A DNA stretch of 64,000 bases from Lama guanicoe (lineage: Eukaryota), in contig MU057344.1 in assembly GCA_013239625.1 (NCBI GenBank), positions 9,026,727-9,090,726 of the forward strand. Reading direction: 5' to 3'. The position numbers were made by a program, and so were the translations under genes. The notes under the pieces were generated by a model. It made no database searches. It saw nothing but the letters and a program-made list of their open reading frames with translations, and was not told where the DNA came from. Position 1 is the first letter of the stretch, and each line of letters opens with the position of its first letter. Of the stretch, positions 10,562-24,696 are shown piece by piece.

Positions 10562-13500
10562 CAAGAAGGCTTACCTTTTTTGTTGTTCTGGTATTAATGC
10601 TTTGGTAGAGAAGTAGGTTATAGGGTGGTTTAGCTCTGCCTCACCTTTGCTGTCTGGTGACTGGCTTTGCACCTCCAGCCATGTGGTCTTCGGCACGTCA
10701 CGGCACGTCACTCCCCTTCTCGGGATTTGCTTCCTTACCTGTTCAGTAGGGGTAGCAGTGTGCCCGCCCACTGCGCTTGTGGGCAGGAGTTAAGTAAGCA
10801 GGAAACATAAGGCAGTGAGGCTAGTACCTGGCATATAGGAAGCACTGTAAGTACTATTGTTACTGTTTTCAGCCAGTAACCAAGTCTGGATTCTGCCCTG
10901 TAAAATACGTTCTAATCACTGTCGCTGCTTGAGTGCAGACCCAGACATCCCTTGTTTGGACCAAACCTCCTAAGTGATGGAGCAACGGCCTTTCTCTCCT
11001 CGTAGAGCCATTCTCCACGTGCCTTGAGCACTCTGTGTGTATGGTGTGAAGCTGACCATACAGGAAATCAGAAAAGTGGACCGTTGTGCGTTGTTTGGAA
11101 TGTCTTCATGGAGGACGTTAAAGTCACTGGGATGTGAACCGGACTCGGAAGGATGTAGAGGGTATTGAGGGTCAGAAGGACCAGTGGCTGGGGTCCTTGA
11201 AGGCTGGAAACCTGGACTGTGAGAGACCCAGAGGAGTAAGGTCCCCAGCCGGTGAGGGCGGGAGGAGCCAGAGGGTAGTGCCTGTAGGGCCGGGGTGGGG
11301 GAGCTTTTAAAAGTAAAATGGGGATTTTTCTTCCAATAGCATTTTTTTTTTTTTAATCTGTGGGTAGACCAAGCAAACTACCTGACTTGAGAGGCCGTAT
11401 GCAGCTCCAGTTCACTGCGTTGGACAAAGGTAGTTGAAGAAGCCGCAGTGTAGTCTCACCACCAGCAGACTCACGGGGAGGCGGCAGCAGGTTCCTTTTC
11501 CCGCTCACCCCCGCCCCACGCGCACCCTGCGCCGGCATCTTCCGGACAAGGGGAACGGGTGTGTCAGGGTGAGAAAGCTCTCACCTTGTTTTCTTTGCTT
11601 CCCTTGAACCCTGAAAGTTTCTAAAACCAGTAGAGGAGCTACAGGATTTTGTGCAGAACGTTCTTAAAGAGTTTTGAACCAGATGCTTTACAGGAGGCAG
11701 AGTGTTTGGAGAAGTTAAATGTGGAATAGCCTGGAAGCCAAAGACTTCATCACATCTTGTCACTCCCCTGCCCCGGACCCTGTAGTGGTGTCCCCCTGCT
11801 CTCCAGAGGCCGTCTGGTCTCTGTGCCTTGGCCGTCCAGGCTTGGCAGGTGCTGGTGGTGGCCGCCTCCGCGTCCTCCCTGGCTCCCTCTGGCCTGGCCG
11901 CACTCTCCTCTCGTTCTCTGCTCTCTGGTCTCATCCACTCCCCCTGGACTCCAGGACCAGGTGAGTCCGTATCCTCTTACAGCCAGCTCTGTGCACCCAG
12001 ACCTCTTGGCACTGGACTGCCAGATGCTTGTCTGCTTGTTTGTTCCCAGTGACCACTGCTCCGAGGTCGGCGTCCTGTGCCAGGCTCTGGGTGCAGTGGC
12101 CAGTGAAATGGAACTGTCCCGGGTGTCTGCGACCTCACCTTGCCTCTAGTGGAGAGGCCGTTAACCAGGCCAGCTCGGAAGTGCTTTGGAGAGCAGGTGC
12201 AGGGAGAGCGGAGAGTGCAGGAAGCGGGCTGAGGGGGACTGTGCTGGAGGGCTGTGGGGACAGGCTTCTGCTGGGTGGGGCAGCGGCCTAGCATGCGAAC
12301 CAGACTGGCTCCCTTAGACGATCCTCAGGCCTTGATACGGTCCCAGCCCCACCATCTGGGCCTAAAAGCAGAGGGTAGGAACTCTCTTTGTTCTTCTTGT
12401 CCATCCACGCAGGAGCCCAAACAGGCGTCAATAAGTTGTTGCCTATAATATTAATAGTGTATTTTCCTTGTTCTCCTCTAGTGATTGTCAGTGAAACCCT
12501 TACAACAAGGCAACCAACCCTCATGCCTGTAGGGAGAGCAGCCTCTCTAGCCGTACTCAAGAAGCTGGGGCGGGGGCCAGGGGTGGCACAGATGCGAGGG
12601 TCCACATTCAGCTTCCCCTAGTGGTAGGTAATGTCTTACTTAACTCTAGCGTGGTATTAGCACCAGGGATCAGCTTGGTACAGCGATGTTAGTTAGACTG
12701 TAGGCCTTATTCATAAGTCAGAAAATTTAAAATATAAGATTCAACAATCACACATTGAATTAGCCTGTGGAATGATGACACCGTCACATGTCACAGCCTC
12801 CAGATTAAGGTGATACAAAGAGCGCTTGAAATAGTGTCTGACTTTCCTGAACTCTCCATCAGTGTTAGCTACGATTATGGTGTGTGGAAGTGCTCATTAG
12901 CACAGAGCACAGCCCAGAGGAAGAGTTGAGTGTCCTGCTCCCAAAGCTCCTGGCATCCAGCATGGAAGGTCATCCTGGGCCAAAGAAGAGTGTCAGAGGA
13001 AAGCACAGAAGGACCTTTAAGAGGCTCTGCAGCCAGGTCGAAACCGGAGACTCAACATACCACTAAGGCTTCTTGTGTCAGGAAGCAGAGTCAGCCGTTC
13101 CTTTAGCCGGTGAGCCTGTTGAGGAGGGGGCCTGCATCAGCTTCATTAACCATGTGTCTTCACCACCAGCCCAGCGCCAGCCCAGAGCACACCGGCACGC
13201 AGGAAGTGTTTGTGAGTGACTGAGCGATGGACTGAGTGCAGGTGGGACGCTGTGGCCAGTGACTGGGGGAGAGAGGGAAATTGACTCTCTTTAAATTTGA
13301 GGTGGGAATTAACGAGACCAATTAACAGTTAATAACTAACTTATTGACTTAAACTTACTGCATTAAATTTCCAGGTCAGTTGATTGATAGGTTTGGAGAC
13401 TGTACTTCACCAAGTAGGGAATTAAAGCGTTCTTATGTTTTCTGTTACATCACAGGAGAGTTCTCCTAACCTCCTCCAAGCTTATCTGAGTGGTCAGTGT

Positions 13501-14884
13501 TAGGGAGGCTGTTCTTCCCCCGGAAGGAGGAGCAGCCTGGGCCCCATGCAGCCTTGCCTCCGGTTGGTTCCTGTCTTCCCCTCTCGTTCTGTGTCTACCT
13601 AACCCTGCCTCCCTCCCTCCCTCACCCCCCAACCCAGCTCCTGCTACTTTTCTGCCCCCTGATCTGCTCTGGACACAGTGGTCTCTGCCTGTCTGTTCTC
13701 TGAACACACCAAACTTACTCCTAACTCATCAAGGTCCTTTCCTGGCATAGTTTCCCCACATATCATCACACGATTCCCTTCCTGTTCCTAGAGAGATCTT
13801 CCTTAAGCACTCTGTCTAAAATAGCACCCTCCTCCTCCTCTCGTCACTGTGTCCCCTTCTTGGACTTGATTTTTCCTCAGAGCATCAGTAACTACCAAGC
13901 ACTGTATGCCTTTGCTTGATTTTGTCTGTCTTCCTCGCTGGAATGACACATTGTTAAGGCAAACGTGATGCTTAAAACATTGCCTGGCCCATAGAAGGGA
14001 CTCAGAGATATTTTAATGAAAGGATTCTTATATTGACCCAGAAATACCTACTTCAGATTGAGGAAATCCAGGCCCACAAAGAGGAAATGCTTTCTGATAG
14101 GTGACCCTGCTGTTTTATTTGTTCCTAGCCCTCTTTTTTTCTAAAATAGGTTTAAGTTAGCTTACAAGAATCATGATTTTATTCAAGTACTTAAGTGACA
14201 ACAAACATTTCATGTCTGCTGCCGAGCACTGGGAATGCAACATCAAGTAAGATGGACACTGTCTTCACTGCAGTCTGGCAGGGGGTACATCAAACACATA
14301 ATTATACAAGTAATTATTTTGAAAGGTGATAAGACCTCTGAAGGAAAAATAAGGGAGGGGAGAGGGTAGTTCTGTTTAGGCAAGCCATCCCACCACCACC
14401 TTCTCCTTCTCAAATCACTGATTTTCTGAAAACGTTCCACACCGTTTCCAGCCGTAGCCACTGCCATGGGGATTCCAACAGCCGGAGATGGGGAGGGTGG
14501 CCCTGGGGCTGGCCAGTGTCTGGATGGCGGTCCTCTTCATTGAGCTGAGGCCCATTATAGTGTGAAGGATACTAAAATAAACAGGAAAAAAGCTTTCTTC
14601 TACTAGGTAAAGGGGCCGAAATGAAAAATAATGGGTTTGCTGAAAGTAACTAAATATGTGCATGGGGATTTTCCTTCTTTCGTCTTGTGGCAGCCCTGCT
14701 GAGGTCCCTTATAGTCACAGGCATCTCAGAAATTTTAACATAACGTGGTCTCCAACTTACACTCGTTGCAAATTTCCTATGGGAATGACCATTCCTGCCT
14801 TAGGTGCTGTCTCCTGTTGACATTTCTATGAAAGTTTGGAGGTTTTAGGGCAGAGGTTCTCACATTATGTTCCAGCAGAATCTT

Positions 14885-15181
14885 TTCTTTTTCCCCCTCC
14901 CAGCTTTCTTGAGGTATAGTTGGCGAATAAAATGATAAGATATTTAAAGTGTATGTACGTTGTGATGGTTTGATACACCTATACGTTGTGGAAGGATTTC
15001 TGCCATCTAGTTAATGAACACATCCATCACCTTGCATGTTTATCTTTTTCTTTCTGTCTTTTTTTTTTTTTAACTTTGGTGGAAATACTGAAGTTTTGCT
15101 CTCTTAGCAAATTGCAATTCTATAATCCAGTGCTGTCAACCATAGTCACCATGGTTTACGTGAGAGCCTCAGACCTGATCG
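14885..15181 (-). mobile_element. L1 3' end (L1MA9/cetartiodactyl-type) with TSD
   Basis: ctttcttgaggtatagttgg...ctctcttagcaaattgcaattctataatccagtg...atagtcaccatg. TSD AGCAGAATCTT at 14874-14884 and 15182-15192. Confidence 0.75.
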
Positions 15182-16985
15182 AGCAGAATCTTAACTGGAG
15201 ACGCTGCAGTGGTATGGACTCGGACTCTGGGGATTGACAGACAAAGGCTCAAATCCTGTCCCTGCCTCTTGGGCTCTTTGGAGTAAACTCATACACAAAC
15301 ACAAGACATCCTTTTAAGTCTTCATCTGTGTCCCATCTGGGAAGAGAGGAAAACTCCCGTTTCCGGCGCTAAATGGCCGTGTGCTGATAGGACTCGTCAC
15401 TGCGGCCAGTACTTGTTGACACTGTTTAGTTTATCCATGCTAAAAATAATGATTATATAGCCTAGGATACCAGCTGCCAGTTTAACACCTTTTCTCCCTT
15501 TGGAAAAATTTATTCACTTTCAAAATTCCAGTTTATAGATTAAAAATTTTTAAGTGGGGGCATTGTATTTAGAAGTGAGAAATTTGTGTGCTAAATTTAT
15601 TCACCCTTTAGCTAATGAAAAATACCATATGACCATGTTCTGGGCAGTTTTACTATTCCCATATGTTGGAAAGCATCTAAAGTGTGCTTGGTGATACTGT
15701 CAGGACCGAGGTGTGAATCGAGCTGGATTGAAGCATTTGTGCTTCTGAAGTGTGTGTGCACTGTGGGCTTTGCCCATCCAGGGAATGAATGCCAGTTCCT
15801 TGATGCCCACTTCTGTGCATTCCAACTCAAACTAGCAGAGAGTTGACCTTCATAGTGACTTGTTTGTTGCCGTGGGGTTTATTTCTCTCGAAGCAGCCTA
15901 TTGATATTTTTTAAAAAATGAAACGCTGAGAGTATGAAAATTTAGATGATATTTTCTTGGCATAAAACAGTCTTAAAAACTACAAGAACTTCATTGTTGT
16001 GGGAAAATTAATCTTTTTAGCTTGGAGTTTTGCTTTTTGCCCATGTTGGTTTCTTTGAAAGTCCTTGAGAAATGTTTCCCTTTGCAGTGAACTGAAAAAC
16101 ATTCAGACTACAAAACCCATCATTCTTGGTGGTGTCATGATCTGCACATCAGTTCTTTAGAGTATATGTGGAGCCAGTTAATAGCCACTTGGTTTTCCTT
16201 TGATTTGAAAGTTATTTTTAAAATGACAGTCATGTTTTATGGGTTGGCTCCATTCCTTTTCATACATAGCTAATAGTAGTCTTATTTCTCAAGATTACAG
16301 TGAATATATGGCATATACTTTGGTTAGTAATTATGTAAAATTCTCTATTTTTTAGAAACTTTGTGATATTGTGGGGACTTTGCTCTATAATTACTTGGTA
16401 TACAGTGCAAATTACTGTTTCCTGGAAAGGTCGCACTTCCATGGAGGGCCCAGAATAAGTTGTAGTGTTGTCGCTTGGACGCATCAAGTCCCTGTCAAGG
16501 GGGTGTTGTTGCTGGAGAGATGAGTCCTGTTTGGGATGGGGTCTGATTGACTGGCACGGCCTTTATAGCATGTGCCTGAAAGTGTTCGTTTTAGTGGGGA
16601 GTGGGTTTTTTTTTTTAGTGTTCTAAAATGCTGATAGTAGCCTTTGACTTTAAAGTAAGCTTAAGCTATATTTTGTTGCCAGATTTTGTGGGAGTTTAAA
16701 ACAATATGGTGCCCGAGATTTACATATTTTTAAAATGGCCACAGGTGGCGGGAACAAAATAGATTAACACAGACACGCTGGAAGGTTACAGCAGTTTCCT
16801 TTGGAGACTCAAAAACAAGCCTCAGAGCAACTCCTGAATTGCTTGACATCATCGTCTGAGTCTGATTTGCCAGCTTCGGGTTTCAGTTACAGTTTTGCAT
16901 ATTTGCTTATTGGACCAGAAAAAAGTCAAAACGTGAGCTGGGTTTTCTTCCCTTTGCTGTTATCCTTCTGTTTCTTAACTTGCAG

Positions 16986-17103
16986 AGCGCAGCTGAGCCT
17001 GTGGCGGCCGCCGAGAGCCTGGCCGAGGTACCCGAACATGTGCTTCGAGGCCTTCCGGAGGAAGTGAGGCTTTTCCCATCTGCTGTTGACAAGACTCGCA
17101 TTG
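16986..17103 (+). CDS. PRDM2: PRDM2 exon 3 (118 nt): SAAEPVAAAESLAEVPEHVLRGLPEEVRLFPSAVDKTRI-G, start of the PR/SET domain
   Basis: Acceptor ttaacttgcAG at 16984-16985, donor G|GTGAGT at 17104. The peptide matches recalled human RIZ1 (NTTEPVAATETLAEVPEHVLRGLPEEVRLFPSAVDKTRIG). Confidence 0.97.
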
Positions 17104-18674
17104 GTGAGTACTGGGTCACAGGAGGGGACGGGAAGGGAGAGCAGGCTGCAGCGAGGCTTCCTTTGGGGCCTTTCAGGTAAGGAGCTCACGGTAAAGCCAA
17201 CAGACTTTGAAGGTTATGTTTTCCAGTTAAGAATCTGGGGTGGACATAGATTATAAAATTAAACCAGAAACACCTCCAGTCCCATCCACCATCCTCCATG
17301 ACTCAGCCTGAGCAGCCCCTTCCTCCGTGTCTCCCCAGCTCTTCCTCCTGCAGAATGTATCACTCCCTCCTCTCTGATTCACCCTGGTTTGAGTGTGATT
17401 ATGCGTTTATATTTATTTCATTATTTTGTATTTGTTTTCACATCTGTCCCTGTCACTGACTGTGAGTTTCTTCATTTCTTATTTATCTGTATGTCTCTAG
17501 TACCTGATGCTTCATGGACCTCAGTAGATACTTGAATGAATTACAACCTGAGTGTATTTGAATGCTTCTAGCTGAAATTTCTTGTTGAATGCAGCCAAGC
17601 TTTTTTGTAATTGATCTTGCTTTTGTGTCCTAATCTTTAGAAAGAAGGCTAAGGAAGTAAATTAAAAACTTAATCAGAGTACAGTCTTGAAATATATCAT
17701 GTTTACATCCTGTTTCCTTTTTTAAAGATGTATTTCTCATATTCTGGTTTATGTATATATGTGTGTGAATAAATCTTTAGTAAATACTTTTTCTAATTCT
17801 CATTGAAAATTATTCAGTGAGTAATTTGACCATTTATATCGTTCATAAAAGTGGTTTGATTTATTTATCTCCACTAATTGATTATGAGCTGTGATATCAA
17901 GTGGGATTCATGACAGACTACGGTAAGTGGAATTAATGCATCAGAGCTGGGCAGGACTGGCCAAGACCACAGCCTCCTTCTGTACAGGAGGAAACTGAGG
18001 CCAGAAGGTGGGGGAACCTGTTGAAAGTGATGCTGTCAGTGGGAGTCACCTTGACGCTGGTTCCCTGGACTCCAGGGCATCTCCTGCTGCTTTACCCACT
18101 GCTTCTTCATCTTGTTTGTTTTCCTTGTGGTCAGTGTAGAGAAAGTAGAAGCACCCCTGAGAATGCCAGAGAGCAGCATAACTCTCGGTTGTCTGAAACT
18201 CTGAAAAGTGGAAATGTAGAGAGGAGAGGGTTTTCCACTTTGAGTAAATGAATTTCAAAAATATTTATTCATAAAACTGTATTTCTAACCCTTTTTAAAA
18301 GCAACTTATGTTCATTTGGGACAGTTTGAAATCTGTAGAAAAGTAGAAAGAGGAGTTTAAAAATTATTTTTAGTTTTATTAGATTCTAATATCTTTTTCT
18401 TTTGATTGTGATTGTGCTGTCTGGGTAATTTTAATTAAAAATTAATAAAAAATATGAAATATTCTTTCGTATTTATAAAACAATATAGGTTCTTTACAGG
18501 CTTTTAGGAAAATACAGCAGAATATAAATAAGAAAAATAAAAATCCCATTGAATGCTTGATTTAATTTGACTGCAGTTGATTTAACATTACCTTGCTTTT
18601 AGGCTCTCTAGTCTTTTAAATATTTCGTGGAACTGATTTGATTTTAATGCTTTAATCTTTAAATAACCACGTAC

Positions 18675-18822
18675 NNNNNNNNNNNNNNNNNNNNNNNNNN
18701 NNNNNNNNNNNNNNNNNNNNNNNNNNNNNNNNNNNNNNNNNNNNNNNNNNNNNNNNNNNNNNNNNNNNNNNNNNNNNNNNNNNNNNNNNNNNNNNNNNNN
18801 NNNNNNNNNNNNNNNNNNNNNN
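18675..18822 (+). other. PRDM2: 148-N gap, inferred to hide PRDM2 exon 4 (about 104 nt, VWATKPILKGKKFGPF...YMWE)
   Basis: I found no exon-4 sequence elsewhere between exons 3 and 5. Exon 3 ends in phase 1 and exon 5 starts in phase 0, so an intervening exon is required. The gap is large enough to hold it. Confidence 0.8.
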
Positions 18823-21440
18823 GGTCCTTTGTTTATCAGATTCTATACGTTTTGTAAAGAAATCATTCTATGCTTTCAGAATTTGACTTGTTGAAATTGA
18901 AATAATCATCTTAATGTGTTCTTTAAAAATCAAGATTATTTTTATTAAAGAGAAAAATGTGTTTCCTTGGATACAGACTGCTGTTTACATGTGTATTTTG
19001 GAAGTGCTTGGCTGTCCTTAACAGTAAATGTCACGTCGACTTTTTACTTGCCTTGTTCAGGGTGCTCTGTTTTGCAGCCAAGACTTAGGTCTGCCACTTT
19101 ACTAGCTTGCAGACAGACACCGTGAAGGACACTCCAAAGTGGCGCAAATACCACACTGTAGGGTCTTCTCTGTATTTTACAAAGTAATCTATGTGTTGCT
19201 GGAACATTCAGAGTTGGATATATTTAGCACATGGTATATTTATATAGTGCTTTGAACTTTTAGGAAGGCTTTCGTTCTGTTCTTTTCACATTCTCGTAAC
19301 GATCCTGGAAGACGGGGAGCGTTCACACACTCCTGAGGGAAAGCCATCCGGGACAGAGGGAGACGGCTCCTCCCCGTGGGGTCCACGTGTTGAGTGTTGT
19401 CAGTGCAGAACCAGAACCCACGTCCCCTGTGTGACAGTGAGGTCGTTAAAACTGTTTCATTGGATTACCTGGGTTCAAATCCTGCCTTTGTGACTCTGGG
19501 CAGGGTACATAATCTCTGGGCCTTAAAAATGGGGAGAATGAAAAAACAATAGTCTCATTAAGAAAGCTCTGAAGATAAAATACCTTGTTATGATTTCCTG
19601 ACGTGCTGCACGTGAACTGGGCGTCTCCACTAAAGTTAGTCCTCATCGTGTGATCTGGGGAGCTCCTCCCTGCCCCGTAGAAGGAACTCGGTGGTGTGAC
19701 TCCTTTTTAAAACAAGTGAAGGTTTTCGGTGGTGAGGAAAAGCGTTCCTATCAGGATGTCTTAAATTCCATCTTAATTTACATCTGTTTCACGTGTAAAC
19801 ATATAAAAGCCTGAAAATAAAATGCGCCTGGGAAATGTATGGACACTTTGCATCAGGAAGTTCCCTGGCGTTTGTATATCTGAGGTGTGCTGCTGTTTTT
19901 CTCAGTGCTACGAGTTAGTGTTTCTTACCTTGAAAATTCTGACGACTTCTCTCATTTTGAATCCCTTATGACAATTAACCCAAGGAGACTTGGGAAATGA
20001 GGATTTACCACGGGAGTAATTGTTCTATGCTTTTTAAGAATTTTTGAGTTAAAAGAGGGCTGTTTGTGTAGAAAAACTGCCCAGCCTCCCCCAAATTCCT
20101 CAAGACGATGCCTGAACAATTAAAAATGTCTTGACCACAAAATTATATTCCAAAATAAACTGCGTTTTTAATTTTAGAAGTTTCCCAAGGGAAACCAACA
20201 AATTTGGTCTACCAGGTTAGCATTCATCCTAGTGAGGATAATATCAGGGGACCAGAAAATTCTTACTCTAATTCTGGGTATATTAATGCTGGGATTGAAC
20301 GAATGTCATTAATATTAAACCTAAGTTTATGGTTCTTGTTTTACTCAACATAACAATTTGATATCGTTGGGTATATTGTATAAATTATTAAGGATGCCTT
20401 TTGTAAATTAAGCTTCATTTGTACTGAAATTCATGCATAGTATGAATCCATGGGAGTTTGATGCAAATGGTAACTTGGAGCCATGACGTATTAGAGATTC
20501 CATTTTTACTATAGACTTGTTAACATCCCATTGCTAATTTAAGACACTTCTACTTATATACTGTTTGTGAATCCTTATGACGTTGCCAGCTCTTCTAGTT
20601 AGGTTTAAAGATTTAGTTCTTGTTAAGGCTGGCTTTTCCTTCCTGCAACTAGAAAAAGTCTGGATGTCATTCAGATAGTTTGGACTACGAGGTATGCATT
20701 CCACACAGAAAACTTTAAACCTTTTGTTCTGTTAAAATAAAAGTAGATACACACATATGACATACACATGTAGAAGTATGTATTTGGCAAAGCATAGGAA
20801 GCATAAATTATAATGGTCATATTTCTTCTAAAGAAGATAATAAAAATCCAGGTAAAATTAAGTGTTTCCTCATTAACTGATTCCAATCTTGGTCCTGTCC
20901 TGGCATCAGAATGCTTCTTATTAATGTAACAGAAACTGCTTATCATTCAAATCTCCTCTTGGCATTTGTTCTTTCATTAAAGCCCCTTAAGGCCAGTTTA
21001 TCTTCTAGCAGCCTGGTCTTTTGCCTCAACTAAAACTCCATTTTAAAGCTAATCTAAGACAAAGTGGTAGCTTGCTTTTCTTGAGCCCTTGACTATCTAA
21101 CGCGGTCTTAAGTCCTCTAAGCTGTCACAGAGGACATTCTGATAAATCAGAAATAAAGAGAAACAGTGCGGTATCCTCAGGGTGGGGGCACAAAACAGAT
21201 TCTGGAAAGAGGAGAGCACTCTTTGATCAGTTCCTGGTGGGGACTGCTGGCCACCTTAATGCTGGGCTTCATGTAATACTTCCCTTGTCACCCCCCCCCC
21301 GACACACACACTGAGCAATGGGCAGAATTCTGACACCACTTCTGATAAAACACTTTTACATTCACATCTGTGGGGCTTACATTGTTTCTGATGAACAAAA
21401 CTTTTGAATTGTTTGCCTGTGAATTATTTTAATAAGTCTT

Positions 21441-21664
21441 TTTTTTATTCTTTATTTTTAAAGAGCAGTTTCAGGTTCACAGCAGAACTGAGCAGAAAGT
21501 ACAGAGTTCTTATCTCCCCCTCACCTCCACCCAGCCCTACACACACAGCTTCCCCCACTACCCACATCCCCACTGAAGTGGGACATTTGTTAAAACTGAT
21601 GACCCTGCACTGACACCCAGGGTCCATGGTTTACATTAAGGTTCGCTCTTAGTGCTGTACCTTC
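21441..21664 (-). mobile_element. L1MC-like 3' end with TSD, adjoining older L1ME-like sequence (about 21676-22330)
   Basis: agagcagtttcaggttcacagcagaactgagcagaaagtacagagttc. TSD TAATAAGTCTT at 21430-21440 and 21665-21675. Confidence 0.7.
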
Positions 21665-22667
21665 TAATAAGTCTTCTTTAGGTTATAAAAGTAATACATG
21701 CTCATTGCAAAATAGTATAAACACAGAAAACTATAAGCAAGAAGGTGAAAATCACCCATGAACATCTTGGTAAGCATTCTTTTAACTTCCTGCTTCTCAC
21801 ACACACACATCATCACCACATATAGATATTCACACAGTTGAGATCAAACAGTGTATGTATGCAGTTCTGTAACGTGCTTTTTTCTTTCAGTGTGTTATAG
21901 ACAGGTCCATGTCAAATACTTGTCTACATTATCGTTTCTTATAGCTACCTGGAATTCCATTGTATCCTTCCAGTGTTCAACCAGTGGGCATTTAAGTAGC
22001 TTTAAGTTTTTTCATGGTATTAACAGTTCTTCAAAGTATGAAACTTGCTGTGTATACATATTGGCTGACTTGTCTGGTTATCTTCGCAAGATAAATTCCT
22101 AGAAGCATAACTGTTAAGTCAAAATTTATGTACATTTTACCTTTTGGTAAATTTTTTTTAACAGATCTCCAAAAAGATTGTACTAACTTACATAACACCA
22201 AGAGTAAATATTTCTTCCTAGCTTTTTAAAACCCAATATTGTTAATGTTTTTAATAGTTTTTTCTCCCATTCTTATAGATGAAAACTGATAGTTCACTGC
22301 TTCTGTTTGCATGTTATTCATTCAGGAACAAATTTTGAGTCAGGAGGTTGGAGGGAAGAGGTAGGACTTCATTTCCGTCAAAATTGATAGATTGTTTTTG
22401 CGTAATGAGAAGACTTAAGTGTAATTTTTTTCAAAGTGAAAATGAACTTTTTATCATTTAATTATGTTATGATCAGATATTAACAGGTACATATCTATTT
22501 GCCATCTCAATTCTCCTAACTTCAAATTATTTCTAAGTTAAAAATGGAGGCAAGAAGATAAAGAGAGCAGAGAAGTCAACCAGCTGATTCTAGTACCTTT
22601 TTTCAGAGAGTACCTTTCAGGCCTGACTGCTACTTTCCAACTTCTGAACCATGCATCATAGTCCACA

Positions 22668-22968
22668 GACCAGGGGGGAGAATTCCAGCCTGCCACCTGT
22701 TTTTTACAGTCCTGGAGCTAAGAATGGTTTTTACATTTTTAAGTGATTAAAACAAAAATCACCTGTTTCGTAACACATGAAAATTATAGGAGATTCAAAC
22801 TTCAGTTCATTAATAAAGTTTTATTGGAACACAGTAACACTAATTTGTTTACATATTATCTGTGGCCACTTTTGCCCTACAGCGGTTGAGTAGTTGTGAC
22901 AGAGATCATCTGGCATGCAAAACTGAAAATATTGCCAGGACCTTCGCAGAAAAAGTTTGCTGAGCCCC
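22668..22968. mobile_element. hAT-Charlie DNA transposon, MER58-like
   Basis: ccagcctgccacctgttttt...gagctaagaatggtttttaca...taataaagttttattggaacacag...gttgagtagttgtgacagaga...gaaaaagtttgctgagccc. Confidence 0.75.
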
Positions 22969-24520
22969 GGTCCCAGCGTGTAACGAGGAGGAGCAGTGAG
23001 GGCGGGTGTGGCGATGTCTGGTATCTCAGTGTCCGCGCCTGGAAGCGGGCTAGCCGTGGAGCTGGTTGTCTTAAGAGACTGCCTGGCCAGTCCTAGGCTT
23101 CTCTCAGGAACTTGCGGGCAGATGAGGACCTTGAAGGACACGTAGCTAAGCATAAGGGATCTTCCTGAGTAAGTCAGCTTGTACTCAAATTGGCAGCTTG
23201 TTATGGTGCAAAAAGGAAAAATTACCTTTGAGAGTTTATTTATTTACTCACTTAACCCCTGTCTGTTAAGCTCTTGCCATGTGCTGGGCACTGTCTCAGT
23301 TCTGAAGCACTGAGCTGGCATATAACGTGTGGTATCATATAGGCTACTGGAGGACCCATGGAGATTTGTGTTTGTGGAGTAAAAAGGATAATAGAAATGC
23401 CCTAAATCTTCCCACTGATGAGAAATCTGAGTGCAGGTGGCTTGCATGATGTCCGAAAGCTGTCAGTCAGTGTTAGAGTTAGGGCTAGAGCCCAGGTTTC
23501 CTGGTTGCGTATTCAGTGCTCTTCCCATTAGCAGGGCTCAGAGATTCTTACTCTTTTTTGGGTTGTAGGCCCTTTTGAAAATCTCCCCAGAAAATATACA
23601 AATGTAAATATATGCGCAGAATTTGGCATATGATTTCTAGGGTTGTATGAAATTTTTAAACATCCATGGTCCAGAGTTAAAATTTCTAATTTAAGATGAG
23701 TTATCTCATTTATCCAGTGGAGGTTGATTAGGGCCCTACTTCGAACCCGTTGGCATTTATTGAGCATCTGTTATTGGGCAGTTTTCCAGAAACACTTGTG
23801 TAGTTGTTGGTCTGAAACTTACTCAGAATAATTTCAAGTGAGGGTCAAGGGTCAGGCAGTGTGGGGCTTTGCTAATAATGGCTCTGGGATGGGGTTTTGC
23901 AGGCCTGAGAGACCCAGCTGTTTCGTTTTTAGATTTGTATTTTAGAATCACCCACAGATTGGCTTATTGTAGTAAAATGTGCCACCAGCTATTAGGTCTT
24001 TTATTTCCCTTATTCTAGAATCTTCAGAATATTTCAGATAGAGTGATGCATTTGAATGGCTCTTAAAAGAAGCCCCTGGTTTTCTGAAGCAATCTGAGGA
24101 GTGACGTGGTTGGTACCAAAGACCCATTTTTGTCTGTAGTTCCTGGAAGTTACTCCCATTGGGTGGCTGTCTTACCAGGTCCTTAACAAGCCCTCTGGGT
24201 GTTGACCTCTGTAACTCACAAACAAGTGTGGTCTGGACAGGCCACGGAGGTGTGGTGTTTTCTAGGTAGCAGTGTTAATGCAGTTCTTCATAACTTTTAT
24301 TAAGTGTTTTCATTAAAATGCTCTTATACCAAAGGGACGTTATCCTTTTTTTCTTCATCATCACTTTTAAATGAGGATAATGAGCTCCTCATAGATTTAT
24401 CCGGCTGCAAAAGAGATGATAATATATGAAATCACTTAATGTAGATGAGTCTGGCTAAGTAAATATTAGTTGAACTGGAACATCGAAGAGAAACATTTGA
24501 ATGATCATGTAAAGGATAAA

Positions 24521-24696
24521 TTGAATTATAGTTGATTTATAATGTGTTAATTTCTGGTATACAGTATAGTGATTCAGTCATATATATATATATATATTCA
24601 TTTTCATATTCTTTTTCATTATAGGCTATTACAAGGTATTGAATATAGCTCCCAGTGCTATATAGTAGGACCTGGTTGTTTATCTGTTTTATATAT
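24521..24696 (-). mobile_element. L1 3' UTR fragment with an internal (AT)n run
   Basis: tatagttgatttataatgtgttaatttctggtatacagtatagtgattcag...ttgaatatagctcccagtgctatatagtaggacc. Confidence 0.75.

Noticed and set aside
16980-17180. 66-aa ORF as a stand-alone gene
   Set aside because: It is PRDM2 exon 3 plus intron read-through past the donor at 17104.
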